In this document: positions 9,518 through 13,437 of the stretch, one piece after another
Position numbering within the stretch: position 1 is the first letter of the stretch
Layout of the letters: each line of letters starts with the position of its first letter
NCBI GenBank assembly: GCA_040752415.1
Contig: JBFMGU010000284.1
Coordinates: forward strand, 1 to 13,437
From: Myxococcota bacterium
Lineage (GTDB): Bacteria; Myxococcota; JACRCW01
DNA length: 13,437 nucleotides
Direction of reading: 5' to 3'
Notes under the pieces: generated by a model
Told to the model about the DNA's origin: nothing
Seen by the model: the letters and a program-made list of their open reading frames with translations, nothing else
Databases searched by the model: none
Position numbers and translations under genes: made by a program

Positions 9518-11164
9518 TCACTGCCCGCGCAGGTACAGCGTCGTCAGCGGCACGCTTCCCTCGAGATACACGCCGGCAACGGGCTTGCGGGAACGATAGT
9601 CATTCCAGATGTTGTACAGCTCGTGCTCGTGCTCCCACTGGTGGAACGCCACCGCGGCCTGGCTCTCCGCCACGGAACCCGCGTAACCCACGTCGTCACG
9701 GAGCAGCTTGTCCCGACGGTACATCCGCCAGCTGTCATGGTTCGTGCGGTTGAAGAACACGCGACCTCCCTGCGTCACCTGCTCATTCAGACGAGGGAGA
9801 TGGTCGCGTGACGCCTCGCCCCAGTAGTGACGCTGCATGCCCACCACCGCCGCGCCGCGCGCTCCGCCAATGAGCTCATTGTAGAAGCTCTGGCCATGCG
9901 GGTGGCTGCGCAGGATGCCCGTCACCGACGTCACCAGCATCATTGCCCCCACCACCGCCATGGCACGCGGATCGCCCGCGGCGGGCACAATCGCTCGCGC
10001 TTGCTGCAACGCCCACTGCAACGCCCGACCCGCGAGAATCGCCAGGAACGGCGTGGCCGGCATCCAGTGCTTCACGCCGCCGAAGATGGGCGTGCTGGGC
10101 AGGCTGATGACGAACATGGGGAAGATGGAGAACAGCCCCAGGATCCAGGCGGCATCCTTGCGGTGGGCGGCCTCGGTCCCCGTCGGCGCCGTGGTGAAGA
10201 ACCCGTCCTTGACGGCGAGACCCAGGCCCCACGCGCTCAGTCCCAGGATGGGCAGCGGCATGGTCACCAACGTCATCCCGAAAGCGAAGCCGACGGGGAA
10301 GGGCGGCTGTCGCCACAGCGTGCCCCAGTAGGTGATGGGGTAATGCTCGTGCGCCAGGAAGTGGTAGCCGTAGTACTGGCCAATGCGCGTAATGGTGTCG
10401 TGCCAGAGCCAGGGCCAGTGCGCCAGGAACACCAGCGGCCCCACGACGAGCATCATCAAGATCGGCACCGGCAACCCCGGCACCTGCACAAACGCCTCAC
10501 CCACCCGACGGAAACGCCAGCCCTCATTCGCCAGCCAGTGGATGACGAGGAGGGGCGGGATGAACAGCGAGTTGTGCTTGGTGGCCATGCAGAGGCCAAA
10601 GGCCACGCCCGCCCACGCCGCGCGTCCCAGTGAGGTCTCCGCGCGCACGTACATGTACACGACGAAGATCGTCATCGCCGTCACGGGCACGTCGAAGCAG
10701 GCCAGGTGCTCGTGGAAGAAGTTCCGCGGCATGAGCGCCCAAGCCACCGCGGCGAAGATCCCGACGGAGCGACCGTAGAAGCGCTTGCCGAGCAGATACG
10801 TGCAGGCCACGCACAACGCGGTGAACAGCGGTCCCGGGATCCGGAACGCTTCACTGTTGAGCCCCACGCCCAGCAGCTCATGCCAGATCCACCACGCAAA
10901 GCCCTGCGACGTCTTCACCAGCGCGGGATGCTCGTGGTTGTAGTTGAAGTACCGGTCAATCACCGCGCGGCTGAACGTCGACGACAACGACGCCGTCCCA
11001 CTCAGCAACTGTCGGTACCAGCCCACGTACTCTTCCGCGGCCTTGAAGTAGTAGCCCTCGTCGCGGACGAAGCCGACGGAGGTGCTGGTCAACCGCGCCA
11101 GGATGAACGCGCCCGCGCCGAGGAGCGCCGCGAGGATGCGGTCCTGTCTGCGCTCGTCGGTCAC
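9518..11164 (-). CDS. GT-C fold membrane glycosyltransferase (GT39/PMT_2, ArnT-like), 548 aa
   Basis: First-loop DE motif (GFVRDEGYY), NHEHPAL, AFRIPG, TYLLGKRFYGRSVG, ACFDVP, GLCMATKHN, many hydrophobic helices and a C-terminal soluble domain. GTG start overlaps the upstream stop (GTGA). Confidence 0.85.
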   Translation of the reverse strand: MTDERRQDRILAALLGAGAFILARLTSTSVGFVRDEGYYFKAAEEYVGWYRQLLSGTASLSSTFSRAVIDRYFNYNHEHPALVKTSQGFAWWIWHELLGVGLNSEAFRIPGPLFTALCVACTYLLGKRFYGRSVGIFAAVAWALMPRNFFHEHLACFDVPVTAMTIFVVYMYVRAETSLGRAAWAGVAFGLCMATKHNSLFIPPLLVIHWLANEGWRFRRVGEAFVQVPGLPVPILMMLVVGPLVFLAHWPWLWHDTITRIGQYYGYHFLAHEHYPITYWGTLWRQPPFPVGFAFGMTLVTMPLPILGLSAWGLGLAVKDGFFTTAPTGTEAAHRKDAAWILGLFSIFPMFVISLPSTPIFGGVKHWMPATPFLAILAGRALQWALQQARAIVPAAGDPRAMAVVGAMMLVTSVTGILRSHPHGQSFYNELIGGARGAAVVGMQRHYWGEASRDHLPRLNEQVTQGGRVFFNRTNHDSWRMYRRDKLLRDDVGYAGSVAESQAAVAFHQWEHEHELYNIWNDYRSRKPVAGVYLEGSVPLTTLYLRGQ

Positions 11165-12144
11165 GGGGTCACTCCCAGGTCCATGGCGAAGTGGTTGGCC
11201 GAGTTGTTGGTGGCGCTCGTCGTCACGGAGAGCTCTTGCGCGCCCTGCAGCTCGGGCGGGATGGCCACGCGGTGCACGGTCCAGCCGTGGTGTGGTGGGA
11301 AATCCACGTCGAGCAACGCGCGACCGCCCACGGTCACCGTCACATGCGCCGGGGCCCTGGCGCTGCGCGCCCCGTATTCAGAATGGCCGCCGCCCACGAC
11401 GAGGGTGCCGGTGAGGGGAACATTGCGCCAGGTGAGCACCTTGCGATCTCCCGCCGACGGAGGATGCATCCAGATCGCACGCTCTCCGCCGCTGTGCACA
11501 CCGCCCAGGTCCAGCCACTCGACGGTGGAGCGCATCCAGTCCGGCTCCTTGGGACAATTGAACCCCGTGAGCTTCGGGTGCGGTGCGTCGCACAACAGAC
11601 CTTCCGCGGGCCCGCCCGACTTGAAGAGCCGCACCTCCGCCTCGGTGATGCGACTGGCGGCGTGCCAAAGCGGTGCGTCGGCAACGTGGAAGCGCAGCAC
11701 CCGCAAGGCACCCGCGTCCTTCTCCTCCTCGAGACGGTAGTGGCGGTTCAGGTCGGCCACGTCGACGTCGGCGCCAGGCTCGGCGATGACCCAGAGCTTC
11801 CGCGTGCCCAACGCGAGACCCGCGCGCGCGCCCATGGTGCCCAGGCCGCGCAGGTCACCCAGCCTTTCCAGCGCGCGCTGCGCGAACGGCGGGGCCAGGA
11901 CCAGCGTGTCTCCGTCGACAAAACCGGCGCGCACCACGCTCTCTGCCTGCGCGTAGTCCGCGTCCGAGGGAACACGCAGCCACACCCGCGCCTCCAGGAG
12001 CCAGCTTCCCAGCGCCAACGCCGCCAACGCCAACAGGCTTGCGCGTGCGGCAATGGGGGAGGGGGTCGCGGGAGCCGGTGGGGCCGGCGTGGCGACGTCC
12101 GGGGACGGTGATGCTTCAGGGGACGCCATGAGAGGCGCACCCAT
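11161..12144 (-). CDS. Membrane-anchored hypothetical protein with possible C-terminal carbohydrate-binding-like beta-sandwich
   Basis: 327-aa ORF (alternative ATG 12129) with a Pro/Ala-rich N-terminus, one TM (LLALAALALGSWLL), an alpha/beta segment and a beta-rich C-terminus with AIWMHP. Its stop overlaps the start of the GT gene. Confidence 0.7.
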   Translation of the reverse strand: MGAPLMASPEASPSPDVATPAPPAPATPSPIAARASLLALAALALGSWLLEARVWLRVPSDADYAQAESVVRAGFVDGDTLVLAPPFAQRALERLGDLRGLGTMGARAGLALGTRKLWVIAEPGADVDVADLNRHYRLEEEKDAGALRVLRFHVADAPLWHAASRITEAEVRLFKSGGPAEGLLCDAPHPKLTGFNCPKEPDWMRSTVEWLDLGGVHSGGERAIWMHPPSAGDRKVLTWRNVPLTGTLVVGGGHSEYGARSARAPAHVTVTVGGRALLDVDFPPHHGWTVHRVAIPPELQGAQELSVTTSATNNSANHFAMDLGVTP

Positions 12145-12177
12145 GGCGCGAGAGGCCAGGGGCGCGCAAGGGCGCTC

Positions 12178-12774
12178 TCAGCGGGCGTGGGGAGCAGCGC
12201 CCGGCGGCGGCACCACCGCGGCGTCACTGCCGGCAGCGGGCTTGGGGGCAACCTGGGTGCGGGCGCTGACGGCGAGGAGGATGGCGGGCTCGTTGGACTT
12301 GCCCTTGCGCGGCGGCGCCAGGACCAGCGTCGCTCCTTCCGGGATGGACACGTCGGATTTCAGCTCCACCTTGGGCTTCTTCTTCCGCATGTCCTCCATG
12401 GTGACGTTGAGCTTGACCTTGCCCTCACGCTTGTCGACGGCGGACACGCGGATGAAGCGCTTCCGCTCCGGGTTGCCGAACTGCATGGTGAATGCCTCAC
12501 CGGCGCGGAGCTCCTTCACCATGGTGTCGGCGAGGCGGAACTCCTGGAAGGGCAGCGCCTTGAGGTCATTGGCCAGCGGCTGCAGGGCCGGGTCCAGGGT
12601 GGTCTGACCGGGCTTGGCTCCGGCACCGGGGGGCGTGGCCTCAATGACCTTGAGCTCCACGACGTAGCTCTCCCCCGCGGCGGGCGTCTGCGCATGGCTG
12701 AGCGCGGCGAACAGCACGCAGCCCAGGGCTGCAAGCATCCAGCGGAAGGCGTTCGGGGCGGGGAGGCGCTGCAT
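12178..12774 (-). CDS. Secreted/periplasmic hypothetical protein, 198 aa
   Basis: Signal peptide ending ALSHA-Q. Beta-rich, Lys-rich mature part. Lies 18 nt downstream of the anti-sigma gene on the same strand. Confidence 0.75.
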   Translation of the reverse strand: MQRLPAPNAFRWMLAALGCVLFAALSHAQTPAAGESYVVELKVIEATPPGAGAKPGQTTLDPALQPLANDLKALPFQEFRLADTMVKELRAGEAFTMQFGNPERKRFIRVSAVDKREGKVKLNVTMEDMRKKKPKVELKSDVSIPEGATLVLAPPRKGKSNEPAILLAVSARTQVAPKPAAGSDAAVVPPPGAAPHAR

Positions 12775-12792
12775 CGGCGGAGTGGGATGCTC

Positions 12793-13431
12793 TTACTGCG
12801 TGACGGTTTCGCTGTCTTCGGTGACCTCGGCCTCCACCTCTTCCGGGGTCTCCACGCTGTCTTCCACCACCGCCTCCTCGGCCTCCACCTCTTCCTCGTC
12901 TTCCTCGTCCGTGCCGGCGAGCCAGATCACGGTGAGACCGGAGGCGGGTGTCTCGAACACCATGGCGGTGGTGGCTTCCGTATCCAGGCTGTGGATCTCC
13001 GTGTGCCGTCCCGCCGCGAGCTCCGGCGGCAGGGTGCTGGGCTCCCGGACCACCGCGGGGACCAGCAGGCCCAACACCACGGCGGCGGTGCAGGCGGCCA
13101 ACGGCGCCCACAGACCGGGTTGGTGCGCCAGGGTCTCCCGCACCCAGACCTGCACGCGTTCCCAGAAGGATGGCTGGCCCGCACGGGGCACGTCCACGGC
13201 GCGCAGGACGGCGGCCTGCATGGCGGAGAAGTCCACGTCCGTTGACGCCGCGCGCAGCTCGGTCTGCAGGACGCTGGAAAGCTGCTGCATCCGCTCCAGC
13301 TCATCCATCAGGTCCGGGTTGCCCTCCACCAACCGCTCAAACCGGGCCAGGTCACGGGGGCTGGCCGCTCCATCCGCCACGCGCTGGATCAGCATGGCAA
13401 CACGGCGGGGGATGGGGCGGGGGTGGGACAT
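12793..13431 (-). CDS. Putative transmembrane anti-sigma factor (ECF-associated), 212 aa
   Basis: N-terminal anti-sigma-like helical pattern (LIQRVADGAASPRDLARFERLVEGNPDLMDELERMQQL), central TM (LAACTAAVVLGLLVPAVV), small periplasmic beta motif (EIHSLDTEATTAMVFET...TVIWL), acidic tail. Its ATG overlaps an upstream TGA (TGATG at 13433-13429). Confidence 0.7.
   Translation of the reverse strand: MSHPRPIPRRVAMLIQRVADGAASPRDLARFERLVEGNPDLMDELERMQQLSSVLQTELRAASTDVDFSAMQAAVLRAVDVPRAGQPSFWERVQVWVRETLAHQPGLWAPLAACTAAVVLGLLVPAVVREPSTLPPELAAGRHTEIHSLDTEATTAMVFETPASGLTVIWLAGTDEEDEEEVEAEEAVVEDSVETPEEVEAEVTEDSETVTQ
12825..12895. repeat. Exact 20-bp direct repeat CCTCGGCCTCCACCTCTTCC (12825-12844, 12876-12895)
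   Basis: Two identical copies 51 nt apart, in frame, each encoding EEVEAE in the acidic tail of the anti-sigma factor. Confidence 0.85.
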
Positions 13432-13437
13432 CAGGTT

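Noticed and set aside
11191..13245. Plus-strand ORFs 11191..12111 and 12187..13245
   Set aside because: Antisense shadows of the coherent minus-strand gene run.

Overview
GC-rich, gene-dense bacterial window with 13 likely CDS. No RNA genes, CRISPR arrays or mobile elements are visible. Protein style (Cys-repeat and Ser-linker lipoproteins, sigma54 activator, deltaproteobacterial-type anti-sigma) suggests Myxococcota/Deltaproteobacteria; this is inference. Left to right: 3' end of a TPR protein; a Cys-repeat lipoprotein on the minus strand behind a well-placed sigma54 (-24/-12) promoter; a divergent, translationally coupled operon of an atypical single-POTRA Omp85 protein, a DUF4390-like periplasmic protein and an NtrY-like HAMP histidine kinase; an ALDH7/AmaB-type aldehyde dehydrogenase and two Ser-linker lipoproteins (one a Kelch propeller); an NtrC/NtrX-type sigma54 response regulator; and a minus-strand run of anti-sigma factor, secreted protein, membrane-anchored putative sugar-binding protein and GT-C (GT39/ArnT-like) glycosyltransferase. 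The best candidate for an undescribed system is a trans-envelope signalling module (non-canonical Omp85 -> DUF4390-like -> kinase -> sigma54 activator) whose likely target is the neighbouring Cys-rich lipoprotein. A second candidate is an ECF-controlled envelope glycosylation unit. All family calls are from motif recognition, not database searches.
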